The position numbers were made by a program, and so were the translations under genes. Under the pieces are notes generated by a model. The model did no database searches. It was not told the DNA's origin and saw only the letters and a list, made by a program, of their open reading frames with translations. A stretch of 64,000 bases of DNA, taken from a virus (Duplodnaviria; Caudoviricetes). Shown here in pieces: positions 48,492 through 58,215 of this stretch. Location: IMG/VR virus record IMGVR_UViG_3300032167_000004, positions 199,787 through 263,786 of that record; one strand, given 5' to 3'. Every line of letters starts with the position of its first letter. Positions within the stretch are counted from its first letter, which is position 1.

Positions 48492-50423
48492 TTAGTTAAT
48501 GGTGTACTCTGCAGAGACAATGTTGGAAGCAATCATGCCAGCCTTAGCAGCAACAACCTTCAGAGTGCAAGAAGCAGCAACACTAATGGAAGCGTTCATC
48601 AGAGGAGAAGTACCAACGACAGGCTCAGTACCATCAACAGTGTAGTAGATGTTGACACCAGGAGTTGCACAATCAACAGTTACAGATTGAGCACCAGTGT
48701 ATGCACCGGAAGCCAGGTTAATAACAGGAGTAGCAACCATTGCAGTTGCAGGAGAAGAAGGATTCTTCAGTGCAAACTGATTTTCAGAAATATGGAACTC
48801 ACCCTGAACAGGCAGAACTTCAGTCGTAATGAAACGAGAAGTACCCATAACGTTGGGAGTCAGAGGAGTCAGAGCATTACGGTAAGCATTCTCAATGTTC
48901 AGGCTATACTTATAATGCTTGAAGGTGATGATTTCCTTAGTCAGAGGATATGCGACAACACGCAGACCACGAGACTTAGGACACTTCATGGAGCTAACAA
49001 CATGGATACGGTTCTTGTTAGCGGTCATAACACCAAAGCGGTAATCCAGCTGAATACCACCAATCTTAGTATCCTCATCAATGACCCAACGGACATTATC
49101 CTGGATCAGAGTGACATTGTTGGGATGGCCGTAAACAACGAACATCAGATCCTGATTACGCAGCTTAACCTTCAGCTCATCAATGAAACGGTTCAGGTCA
49201 AACTTCATTTCAGAATCAATCCACTGAGAACGAGTAACGAACTTATTTGCAGGAGGCTCACAAGAGAAGTAACCCTCAGCAACAAAGCCATCAGTGTAAC
49301 CGAAAGGCAGATCAACACGAGTCTTCCAAGTATCATAGCTATCATTCAGGAAGCCCAGAATCTCGCTATCTTCATACTGAGACAGAACAGTAGACATATC
49401 GGCAATGATTTCAGTGGTAATATCGAAATCAAACAGAGCCTTGTAGTCCTTGATCTTTTCCAGAGTCAGACCAGTGTTAATACGGACACCATCAGGAATC
49501 TTCCATTCCATCAGTTCACGCTCACGATCCAGCTCAATAGTCTCATTGTTATTTTCATTGGACAGATGACCACCGAACTCAACCTGAACAGCGATACCAG
49601 CAGTAGAACCAACAGAAACAGTACCATTGTAGAAGTCAACCTGACCAATGACCAGATCCTTAACAGTGGTAGTACCATTAGAAGCCTTAACCTCAGCAGT
49701 GAAGGAAGAGTTAGCAGCCAGGTTAGGAGTAATATTGACAGGAACGCGAACAACGGAACCCTCAACATTCATGTGAACAGCCTTAATGCAGAAGTCCAGA
49801 GCCAGAGAATCACGTCTAGCAATAGAACCACCGGAAGCATTCAGAATGTTCTCCTCATTCAGAGGCAGAGTGTAAACCTGACCAGTAACCTGCTTACCAC
49901 GACCCTTAGCCATGATAGTCTTATAAGACTCATCATAGAAGATGTCAGGAATGTAATGCTTGTTACCCTCAGCGTCCTTCAGGAAACGACGCTCGTAAGC
50001 AGCCTTGATGATGGGCTTAGTGGGAACCTCGGTCATGACAATATCCTTAGAATGACCTTCAATGTAGGACTTCTTCAGGATAGGCAGAGTGATACCGACG
50101 ATAGGTGCCAGTGCAGCAACACCAGACTCCTGCAGCATCTCCAGAGAAGAGTTCTCAAACAGCTGCTCCAGCTTTTCAGGCATGGTAGCATAATACTCAT
50201 CACTAATCTGAGCTTCAGCAACATCCTGTAACAGCTCATTCTTATAAGCTTCCTTCAGAGTGTCAACACGTAAAATCTTAGAAATATCAGAAATTGCATC
50301 CAGCTGATAAGAGGACTGGAAACCCTCAAACAAATGCTTGATGCCCTCCTTGAAATCACGGTTCTTATCCTGGGAGAAAGAACCAATTACTTTACTAGTA
50401 TTTTCAGATAAATATTCATACAT
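48492..50423 (-). CDS. major capsid protein with C-terminal Fn3/CHB_HEX_C-like domain
   Basis: Strongest codon bias in window; late motif at 50555-50566; near prohead protease; C-terminal VATPVI...IYYTVDGTEP...TLKVVA. Confidence 0.75.
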   Translation of the reverse strand: MYEYLSENTSKVIGSFSQDKNRDFKEGIKHLFEGFQSSYQLDAISDISKILRVDTLKEAYKNELLQDVAEAQISDEYYATMPEKLEQLFENSSLEMLQESGVAALAPIVGITLPILKKSYIEGHSKDIVMTEVPTKPIIKAAYERRFLKDAEGNKHYIPDIFYDESYKTIMAKGRGKQVTGQVYTLPLNEENILNASGGSIARRDSLALDFCIKAVHMNVEGSVVRVPVNITPNLAANSSFTAEVKASNGTTTVKDLVIGQVDFYNGTVSVGSTAGIAVQVEFGGHLSNENNNETIELDRERELMEWKIPDGVRINTGLTLEKIKDYKALFDFDITTEIIADMSTVLSQYEDSEILGFLNDSYDTWKTRVDLPFGYTDGFVAEGYFSCEPPANKFVTRSQWIDSEMKFDLNRFIDELKVKLRNQDLMFVVYGHPNNVTLIQDNVRWVIDEDTKIGGIQLDYRFGVMTANKNRIHVVSSMKCPKSRGLRVVAYPLTKEIITFKHYKYSLNIENAYRNALTPLTPNVMGTSRFITTEVLPVQGEFHISENQFALKNPSSPATAMVATPVINLASGAYTGAQSVTVDCATPGVNIYYTVDGTEPVVGTSPLMNASISVAASCTLKVVAAKAGMIASNIVSAEYTIN

Positions 50424-50651
50424 ATCAAAGGCACGTCCTTTCATTTTATTATTTTATATATTTGTACGGTGTTAATAAAAAATATTTCATGATTTTTACC
50501 AATAGAATATGTATAAAATATACAAATACTATCAGTAATAAGATTTGTATATTTTAAATTAATGTTTATGTTAAAAGATTTATAGTAAAATAAAATAGTA
50601 GTTTATATACGATAAACAACTCATTCAATTATTATTATGTACATAATTTAG

Positions 50652-51389
50652 TTATTGGATTACATTAATTTTTCGTAACATCTCTATATTAATTTTATAT
50701 GACTGAATCATATAATTATAAACATAAAGATTTTTCACATACGTATCACTATTATAACTATTAGTGATATATTTATAGATATAATCACAAAGTGATGTTA
50801 AATTTTGTTTAACTTGAATAATTACTTTATTAGCTAAAGCTTGGGCATGTGTAATAGAATCAATCTTGTTACAGATGCCATTAAGATCATAATATAAATT
50901 GATAAGTGAATTTAATAATTCAGCTTTTTGTTTATTTTCTAAAATATCTTCTGGTGATTGAGCAGGTTGTTCTTCTTGAACTTCTCCTTCGGGAGCATTT
51001 TCATCATACCCTTCATCACCAGTTTCACCATCAATTTCTTCAGTATAATCAGTAGATTCTCCTGGATCTCCAGTATCTTCTGGATTATCTTCATTTTCTT
51101 CAGAATCAGGATCTACATCTATATCGTCAGTATAATCAGTAGATTCATCATCGGAATCATCATCAATATATTGCTCAAAATCTTCATCAGAATCTTCAGG
51201 TTCTACTTCTTCAACTTCAGCAGTATAATCAGTAGATTCATCATCATTTGTAGCATCGATTTCAGTAGGTTCTTCTACAGTTTCATCATCAATTTCTTCA
51301 GTATAATCAGTAGTATCAGTATTAGATACTTTTAATACTTTAGGTTTAGATGGGTTTTTAGCTTCTTTTAAAATATCAAATATATCCAT
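50652..51389 (-). CDS. acidic head/scaffold-like protein with (S/T)TDYT repeats
   Basis: Four TDYT motifs in an Asp/Glu-rich tract; head gene cluster. Confidence 0.65.
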   Translation of the reverse strand: MDIFDILKEAKNPSKPKVLKVSNTDTTDYTEEIDDETVEEPTEIDATNDDESTDYTAEVEEVEPEDSDEDFEQYIDDDSDDESTDYTDDIDVDPDSEENEDNPEDTGDPGESTDYTEEIDGETGDEGYDENAPEGEVQEEQPAQSPEDILENKQKAELLNSLINLYYDLNGICNKIDSITHAQALANKVIIQVKQNLTSLCDYIYKYITNSYNSDTYVKNLYVYNYMIQSYKINIEMLRKINVIQ

Positions 51390-51404
51390 AACTATCCCAC
51401 CTTT

Positions 51405-53030
51405 TTAATTAAGATTATATTCAATTCTTTCAATATCTTTAATTAATTTATTACGAATACGCATTAATTCATATTTAGCTTTCTTATCATTCTCACTCTT
51501 AGCATCTTCAATCTTTTCATTAACAATTTCTAACTCATTCTTTAAATCAGTTAAAATCTGTCTACGATGTTTAGCATCGACTTTTTTATCAATAGCAACA
51601 CCAACTAAAATACCAATAGCAATAACAATAAGACTACCTAATTTAGCAGGAGATGCTATTACACCAATAGCACCTTTAGCTAAAACTTTACCGGCACCAA
51701 CACCAAGTCCAATAGAACCTAAACCTATGATACCTTTTTTAATAAAACCAATCAGCTTTAATCTAAACTGACCAGTGATAATTCTCTCAGTTCTTTCTTT
51801 TTTATCCATTTCTTTAATCTTATTAATAGTATTATTAAACATATTAATCAATGGATCTAAAGATTTTTTTACAGGTAACATAGCTCGTTTATTATTAGAC
51901 TGAGAGTCTTTCATCTTATTGACACCTTTTTGAATGACTTTACCAGAAGCATGACCAGCTTTAATAGCACCTCTTTGAAATCTGCTAACAGCTTCATAAG
52001 TTCTACATAATCTAGCAAAGTTTTCTAATTCAGCATCATTAAGTTCTTCACCAGGATCAAAAATAATATCTGCTAAAGAATCTTCCATTTCAGCAATAAT
52101 ATCTTCCATTACACCCTCATCATATAAAATGATATCAGGTTGCATTTCAGTAATATTTTCACTGAGTTTTTTAGTATTCTTTTCAGAAATAACTCTCTTA
52201 GCCTCAATTAATTTTCTAACATATGTAGAATATAATTGATACTGAGCAGGTTCATTATTTTTTAACTCCATATACATAACTGCAATCTGTTTATCAAAAA
52301 TCTTAATATAAGATTTAATAACAGTATCTGATAACTTAGCTTCAGATAATTTATTAGCAATTACTGTAGGCATAGAGGTTAATAAATCTAATACATCACC
52401 AGTTACTCTAATATCCATATTTCTAATTAAGTCAGTATTCTTAACTAATAACATAGGATAACTAGAGAAATATTCTGAAGTTTTAGAAACTTTAATCTTT
52501 CTAATAATTTGCTCATATTCAGAGATAGTTTCGGGAGAAGTATTAATATTATAAATCAATACTTCCAAATCATCTTCTAAATATGATTCAAATATACAAG
52601 ATTTTTTAATTCTATCAATAGCTAAATTCATCAATACTTCTTCTTTAATTAATTCCATATCATTATTATTCTCAATATTAGAATCAATAATAGATATAGT
52701 ATTCTCTAATCGAGAAGAGTAATCAATATTATTAGAATTTTCTAATAAAGAAGAAATATGAGATTTATATTTATTTAATATATCATCAGATAAATCAGCA
52801 ACCTCTAAGACATGATCAACATAAGAAAATGTAATATCTGAATTAATATCACATAAAGAGCTTAAATTTTCAATGATAGTTTCCTTAGGATATGATCTAT
52901 ATGATGACATAAAATTAATAATATTAGTAGGAGTTTGATTAGATTTTAATAAATTAAAAGATTCAGTAATATGATCAGGTTTAGGAGTTTTATTTTCTAA
53001 AATCTTCTTAATATCAATATTTAAATACAT
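51405..53030 (-). CDS. putative virion structural protein
   Basis: 541 aa; late motif at 53072-53083; Gly-rich hydrophobic C-terminal segment. Confidence 0.65.
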   Translation of the reverse strand: MYLNIDIKKILENKTPKPDHITESFNLLKSNQTPTNIINFMSSYRSYPKETIIENLSSLCDINSDITFSYVDHVLEVADLSDDILNKYKSHISSLLENSNNIDYSSRLENTISIIDSNIENNNDMELIKEEVLMNLAIDRIKKSCIFESYLEDDLEVLIYNINTSPETISEYEQIIRKIKVSKTSEYFSSYPMLLVKNTDLIRNMDIRVTGDVLDLLTSMPTVIANKLSEAKLSDTVIKSYIKIFDKQIAVMYMELKNNEPAQYQLYSTYVRKLIEAKRVISEKNTKKLSENITEMQPDIILYDEGVMEDIIAEMEDSLADIIFDPGEELNDAELENFARLCRTYEAVSRFQRGAIKAGHASGKVIQKGVNKMKDSQSNNKRAMLPVKKSLDPLINMFNNTINKIKEMDKKERTERIITGQFRLKLIGFIKKGIIGLGSIGLGVGAGKVLAKGAIGVIASPAKLGSLIVIAIGILVGVAIDKKVDAKHRRQILTDLKNELEIVNEKIEDAKSENDKKAKYELMRIRNKLIKDIERIEYNLN

Positions 53031-53093
53031 ATTTATTATTCACTCCTTTCTATCAGATTCAATAAATATCTTACAATAATGTTTTTATAAATA

Positions 53094-53124
53094 AAAGGAT
53101 ATACTGAATATCAGTATATCCTTT
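53094..53124. terminator. hairpin/terminator
   Basis: AAAGGATATACTGA/TCAGTATATCCTTT. Confidence 0.65.
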
Positions 53125-53145
53125 ATAATATATTAATTTAATTAA

Positions 53146-53580
53146 TTATATTTTAGATTTACAATCAGCAATTTCTTTATCTAAAAATTGTATAGCACCT
53201 TGAACCCATTCTTTCCACCATTTACGATAATATGCACGATTACCAGTTTTTTCATCTTTATATTTTTTCATTAAAGATACACCAGTTGTGGAAAGAATAC
53301 CTAAAAATTTATCCCAACCATTATCATCGGGAATCTTATCTGCAGCTGCATTAATTTTAGGAATAAGTTTTTTACATTCATTAAATTCTTTAATTGCTAA
53401 TTTATAATCTTTATCTTTTTTTGCTTTTTTACCTGCAGCTAAATGTGAATCATATTCTTTAGCTAATTCAGTACTACCAAATTTAATAGCTTCGGAGTAT
53501 GAACCTTCATCTAAAATATCAGCAGTCATAATATCGACAAATTGAGTATCTTCCATTAAAGAATAAATTAAGTTATCCAT
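53146..53580 (-). CDS. small late protein with shared N-terminal leader (candidate internal head protein)
   Basis: LMEDTQFVDIMTADILDEG shared with 55663-56142. Confidence 0.7.
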   Translation of the reverse strand: MDNLIYSLMEDTQFVDIMTADILDEGSYSEAIKFGSTELAKEYDSHLAAGKKAKKDKDYKLAIKEFNECKKLIPKINAAADKIPDDNGWDKFLGILSTTGVSLMKKYKDEKTGNRAYYRKWWKEWVQGAIQFLDKEIADCKSKI

Positions 53581-53581
53581 A

Positions 53582-54418
53582 TTATAATCCTCTCATATAC
53601 GTATTTATATCATGCTTAATTTTTTCTTCCAGAGGAACAACAAACGTATCAGTTCCTTCTTTAATAATAACATGACGCATATCTTTACTTAATTTCATAT
53701 CACCTAATGCAACTTCACATAAGTTAGAAATTAATTTAACATTAGAAGATTCCATAGAAATAAAATCTTTAATAGCTGCTTCATGTACAGGTACAACACT
53801 GGATTCATTTACAACATTACCACCAGCAGTAACCTTTTTAACAATCTTTTCAATAGGAGCAGATTGATCAGCATATGCTGCTTTATGAGAAGGTAAAACA
53901 ACCCAGTCATAACAAACAGCATGACACTTAGACTGAACAATTGCAGTACCATCAGGTTTCTTAACTAGAGGAGCTAATGCACGAAGACTAAATGCAGGAT
54001 TCATACCTTGAAGAATAGCTTTCGTCATCTGTCTACCCATATCAGTATCTAAGGTCTCAATAACACCAGTACACTTATAATTATTAACATTATGAGAAAC
54101 GATTCTATGAGAAATTAATTTAGGATCAATAGTTAAGATTCTCTTAATATCATCAGACATAGGATGACCCGCTTCACCAAACCAAGAACCATTTCTCTGT
54201 AATTCCATAATATGCTCAGCATTTAATGAAGGAATCATAGCAGAACCCATATAAATTCTACCATTACGATTCTTTACATTAAAATCCTGTAAAGTAGCAT
54301 TGAATCTTACATAAAAGAGATTATTCTTATCAAAGAACTGTACATTACTAGCCTGTACAGGTTCAAAAGATTCTTCCATAATAAGATAAGCAACAACTTC
54401 ATCTTTCTGTAATCTCAT
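53582..54418 (-). CDS. prohead protease (T4 gp21/phiKZ gp175-like)
   Basis: NRNGRIY, GEAGHP, AFSLRA, YDWVVLPSH. Confidence 0.88.
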   Translation of the reverse strand: MRLQKDEVVAYLIMEESFEPVQASNVQFFDKNNLFYVRFNATLQDFNVKNRNGRIYMGSAMIPSLNAEHIMELQRNGSWFGEAGHPMSDDIKRILTIDPKLISHRIVSHNVNNYKCTGVIETLDTDMGRQMTKAILQGMNPAFSLRALAPLVKKPDGTAIVQSKCHAVCYDWVVLPSHKAAYADQSAPIEKIVKKVTAGGNVVNESSVVPVHEAAIKDFISMESSNVKLISNLCEVALGDMKLSKDMRHVIIKEGTDTFVVPLEEKIKHDINTYMRGL

Positions 54419-54598
54419 TTTCTATATCATTCCTTTCATAATAGTATTATATATCGAATAATATTATTATAATGTACGAATAATTTAATTTATAAAAATC
54501 GTATAGTTAGTGATAATAAGTATATATTATTAATATAATAAAGAGAAGGAATAACTCTTAAAACCAATCAAGAATTAAAATGAAAAGAGGAAAAAATA

Positions 54599-54724
54599 AT
54601 GGCACCTACTAATTACGAAATGATCTTCTGGGCAATGAGTGTAATCGGTACTATTTGTACCACACTGGTCACGATTAGAAATTACAATATTAATGAGCGC
54701 ATTCGCGTGTTTGGACATGACTAA
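54599..54724 (+). CDS. small membrane peptide (41 aa), not in ORF track
   Basis: AGAGG RBS; early motif at 54518-54530; MAPTNYEMIFWAMSVIGTICTTLVTIR... Confidence 0.55.
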   Translation: MAPTNYEMIFWAMSVIGTICTTLVTIRNYNINERIRVFGHD

Positions 54725-54727
54725 TAT

Positions 54728-55228
54728 ATGAAAGGGAAAATCATCATGAGTAAGAAATACACCTTAATCGAAGCTATTGGATCTTGCTACAATTATATTC
54801 TGAAACATACAGATTTTGAACCTAGTGATGATCTGTATCAAGATATTGCTGCTGATTATATTGAAAGATATAATCGTGGTACATCACATCAGCAGATTTT
54901 AAGCAATTTGGTATATGTATATAAAAGACGTTATATACGTTTATCAAAAGAAAATTTACCAGATGCTTATATTGATCCTATTATATGTGATGAAAATGAT
55001 CTTATGTTTGAAACTATTGGTAAAGATAATATTAAGATGGTTTTAGATGCTATTCCCGAACGTTGTAAAATGGTGATATATTTAAGATATTATGATAATC
55101 TTACATATGATACAATCGGTAAAATTATTGGGGTAACGAGTGGACGCGTTCAACAAATAGAACGGTCTGCAATTAGAAAATTAAGACATCATGATTGTCG
55201 TAAATATATTAGGGAATTTTATCGTTAA
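54728..55228 (+). CDS. sigma-70 region 4 HTH protein (short sigma-like factor)
   Basis: VIYLRYYDNLTYDTIGKIIGVTSGRVQQIERSAIRKLRH; start may be 54746. Confidence 0.8.
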   Translation: MKGKIIMSKKYTLIEAIGSCYNYILKHTDFEPSDDLYQDIAADYIERYNRGTSHQQILSNLVYVYKRRYIRLSKENLPDAYIDPIICDENDLMFETIGKDNIKMVLDAIPERCKMVIYLRYYDNLTYDTIGKIIGVTSGRVQQIERSAIRKLRHHDCRKYIREFYR

Positions 55229-55229
55229 T

Positions 55230-55257
55230 AAAGGGGGTACATTTCTGTACCCCCTTT
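55230..55257. terminator. bidirectional terminator
   Basis: AAAGGGGGTACA/TGTACCCCCTTT. Confidence 0.8.
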
Positions 55258-55264
55258 TATTTTT

Positions 55265-55570
55265 TTATTTTATATAACAAAATCCTGTTAATTCTGCTGA
55301 ATGTACTTCTACTTCACCACAAATTTCACATTCACCACTAATATCCGAATCACCACACACTATAACATCATCTTGTATTTTAGCATTTTCATACACCCTA
55401 GATTCATCAAATATCCAACAATTTCCTTCATGAGAAAGATTATCTTCAGATTCAATATATCCACCTTCATCTCCAGCTTCTACATATTTAAAATTAATTA
55501 ATGATTCTATTCTATGAAGAATATGTCCATTAATTTCAATAGTTTCATCTGTCATTATATATTTTCTCAT
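55265..55570 (-). CDS. short beta-helix-like phage protein
   Basis: GDEGGYIESEDNLSHEGNCWI followed by 6-residue periodic repeats; late motif at 55600-55611. Confidence 0.7.
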   Translation of the reverse strand: MRKYIMTDETIEINGHILHRIESLINFKYVEAGDEGGYIESEDNLSHEGNCWIFDESRVYENAKIQDDVIVCGDSDISGECEICGEVEVHSAELTGFCYIK

Positions 55571-55662
55571 AAAATATATCTTCCTTTACTTATATCAGTT
55601 ATATAAGTGTTAAAGATACAAAACTAACAAATTTATAATATATCCTTAATAGGAGGTTTTAT

Positions 55663-56142
55663 ATGATGAATGAATTATTAACTACTTTAATGGAAGATTC
55701 TCAGTTTGTTGATATTATGACTGCTGATATTCTTGATGAAGGTTTATTTGATAAATTTAAAAAGAAAAAAGAAGAACCTAAATCTAAAAATATTGATAAA
55801 TCTAAAGTATTATCTGATACAATCAATATCTTTAAAAATGAATTAAAAGCAATAAAAAATAAATATCCTATAAAGAATTCAATATTTATGACTTCTAATG
55901 ATGAATATTATAAAGATGATAAAAAGAATTTTATTGATGGTGAAAATGATTCATTAGGTATTGCTCAATATGATCTACATAAATTTAGCGATAAACCCAG
56001 AGATACTGATGAAAATAAAAAATTCTGGAAATATGCTAATGAGTTAACTAATAGTGTAAATGAAGAAATTTCTAAATATGGTGCTAAAGTTGTAGCAGAT
56101 GGAGATTGGGATACTGGTTCATTTTATTTAGAAATTAAATAA
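55663..56142 (+). CDS. small late protein with shared N-terminal leader (candidate internal head protein)
   Basis: AGGAGG RBS; late motif at 55626-55637; LMEDSQFVDIMTADILDEG. Confidence 0.72.
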   Translation: MMNELLTTLMEDSQFVDIMTADILDEGLFDKFKKKKEEPKSKNIDKSKVLSDTINIFKNELKAIKNKYPIKNSIFMTSNDEYYKDDKKNFIDGENDSLGIAQYDLHKFSDKPRDTDENKKFWKYANELTNSVNEEISKYGAKVVADGDWDTGSFYLEIK

Positions 56143-56146
56143 AAAA

Positions 56147-56183
56147 ATAAGAGATAATAGGGATTTTCCCTATTATCTCTTAT
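56147..56183. terminator. bidirectional terminator
   Basis: ATAAGAGATAATAGGGA/TCCCTATTATCTCTTAT. Confidence 0.75.
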
Positions 56184-56184
56184 A

Positions 56185-57267
56185 TTAAAACTTTATTTCT
56201 TTTCTTTTATTTACAGTAGCAGTAATTTCTTGTAACATAATTGGGTATTCGATAAAATATTTATCATTAATCTTTCTTAATGCTACATTATCAAATTTAT
56301 CTTTAATCTGACTAGTAATAACATATATATCTTTTTTATTCAATTGTGTGTACTGAAAATTAATATCGATACATTTATAATTATTTAATACATCATTCTT
56401 CATATCTTTCTTTAATATATTCAATAATAAATAAATATTATCGATATTATTACTAACTAATTTTTCATCAATAGCTTTCTGAATAATCTTATATATACTT
56501 TTCATTCCTAAACCTTTTATATTATAAATATTTCTATATTTACTACCTATCACAGCTAATATAAAAGGAATAAAACCTGATGAAAATTTGTATGATCCTT
56601 TACAATTGTAAAGATTCTTCAAATAATTAATAGTATTATTACTAGTACAGATAAATGAATTATCTCCTTTAGGAATAATAATATTACAATCATAATTTAC
56701 ATATTGTAAGTCATATAAATCTGCAGTAACAATAAAACTCTTAATATTATCAGAATCTTCATTAATTATGTGGGGAATCAATGAATTCTCAATTTCTTCA
56801 CTTTTAATAAAATAAACTCCCTGTATATATTCGATAATTAATTGAATAAATGGAATTGTATCAATAATCATTTTATATAAAGGGATATTGCCACCACTCT
56901 CACTAAATTTAAAACGACTATACATTCTATAATCTTTATTATATAAATTATTCTTATATTTTTTAGTAGTTAATGATGGCACATATAAGAATACCTTAGA
57001 TTCTATTTTATGTTTTGTGAAGAACATTCTGTAATGTGCCGCTAAATTAATAATATTAGCAATAAACTGCAATTTAGCATTTTTATTAACAGATATTTCT
57101 TCATTAATTTGTACACTACACATTTTTAATATAATGGTTTCTAAATTAATATAAATATGAACTATATCATCAGATCCTATATTTATATTATTATTTTCTC
57201 TAAGTAGTTCTAATAATTTAGAATACTTAACTTTATACATATTAAATAGTATATCCATATAAATCAC
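56185..57267 (-). CDS. 5'-3' exonuclease/flap-endonuclease-like protein (divergent)
   Basis: IVTADLYDLQ and helix-hairpin-helix YNIKGLGMKS. Confidence 0.55.
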   Translation of the reverse strand: MIYMDILFNMYKVKYSKLLELLRENNNINIGSDDIVHIYINLETIILKMCSVQINEEISVNKNAKLQFIANIINLAAHYRMFFTKHKIESKVFLYVPSLTTKKYKNNLYNKDYRMYSRFKFSESGGNIPLYKMIIDTIPFIQLIIEYIQGVYFIKSEEIENSLIPHIINEDSDNIKSFIVTADLYDLQYVNYDCNIIIPKGDNSFICTSNNTINYLKNLYNCKGSYKFSSGFIPFILAVIGSKYRNIYNIKGLGMKSIYKIIQKAIDEKLVSNNIDNIYLLLNILKKDMKNDVLNNYKCIDINFQYTQLNKKDIYVITSQIKDKFDNVALRKINDKYFIEYPIMLQEITATVNKRKEIKF

Positions 57268-57656
57268 CTAGCATTAATGATGATATTATACATTCCATTC
57301 TCATCAACTTCATCCAATAGTTTACTATCAATTTCATCAGTTACTGTAAAGAAATTTCTTTTTCTTTGTACAGCTTTTTCCAATTCTTCTAAAGTACCAA
57401 AATCATTTTCTAATAAGATATTAGTTAATCTATCAGCTTCCTCACTAGTTAAAGAGATACCTTTACCAATCTGCTTTTTACCAAAATTATAGTTTCTAAT
57501 ATCTATAGTAGTTTTATCTCCTTTTTTCTTTTCAGAAAGCCAATTAAAATAGGCTATTATTTTAGCCCAATCATTAGTTTCACTTTCTTTAATAACTCCA
57601 ATAATATCACCAAGTTCATAAAAAGGTTCATTATTATCTTTTTCTTTTTTAGCCAT
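57264..57656 (-). CDS. PC4/YdbC-like ssDNA-binding protein
   Basis: IDIRNY...IGKGISLTSEEA. Confidence 0.72.
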   Translation of the reverse strand: MAKKEKDNNEPFYELGDIIGVIKESETNDWAKIIAYFNWLSEKKKGDKTTIDIRNYNFGKKQIGKGISLTSEEADRLTNILLENDFGTLEELEKAVQRKRNFFTVTDEIDSKLLDEVDENGMYNIIINAR

Positions 57657-57661
57657 TATAT

Positions 57662-57838
57662 TTAACCCTCTTTCCATGCATAATGACGTCTAATCATTTT
57701 ACATTTACAATGTGGACAAATTTCTGGTGTTTCGTAAATATATTTCAAATCATTATCTATTATAACTGGTGCTTCACCACCACAATTTGAACATGTTGCA
57801 GGATATCCAAGCATCCAGTATCCATAGTTATCGTCCAT
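57662..57838 (-). CDS. small Zn-ribbon protein (58 aa), not in ORF track
   Basis: AGGAG RBS; CSNC...CPHC. Confidence 0.65.
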   Translation of the reverse strand: MDDNYGYWMLGYPATCSNCGGEAPVIIDNDLKYIYETPEICPHCKCKMIRRHYAWKEG

Positions 57839-57853
57839 AATTTAATTCTCCTA

Positions 57854-58144
57854 TTATCCAATAATTAATTCCTCTTCAGGAATTATATGATTGATTTTAA
57901 TATTAGGAAATCTTTTATTAAGATATTCTTCAAAATCATATTTATCTAACCAATTAAAGATATATTCTTCCTCAGTATATGATTCACCATAAGCATCCTC
58001 AATTTCTTCCATAATATCTAAAAGATTCTTTCCAGTTTTAAAGAAAGACAATATTTCTTTATCTGATATCTTATCTAAAAATGCACGCTCTTTATTTTCA
58101 AATTCTTCCCATCTTCGTTGATATACATAAGTACCATTACTCAT
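57854..58144 (-). CDS. hypothetical protein
   Basis: AGGAG RBS, 96 aa. Confidence 0.7.
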   Translation of the reverse strand: MSNGTYVYQRRWEEFENKERAFLDKISDKEILSFFKTGKNLLDIMEEIEDAYGESYTEEEYIFNWLDKYDFEEYLNKRFPNIKINHIIPEEELIIG

Positions 58145-58170
58145 ATTATTCTCCTATATAATAAAAAAAG

Positions 58171-58202
58171 AAGGGATACCAGAAATTAATCTGGTATCCC
58201 TT
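58171..58202 (-). terminator. intrinsic terminator
   Basis: AAGGGATACCAGA/TCTGGTATCCCTT with T tail on the minus strand. Confidence 0.75.
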
Positions 58203-58215
58203 TTCTATTATTTAA

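Noticed and set aside
48687-50231. 514-aa + strand ORF antisense to the capsid gene
   Set aside because: Shadow frame expected from the strong codon bias of the capsid gene; no RBS, promoter motif or recognisable domain
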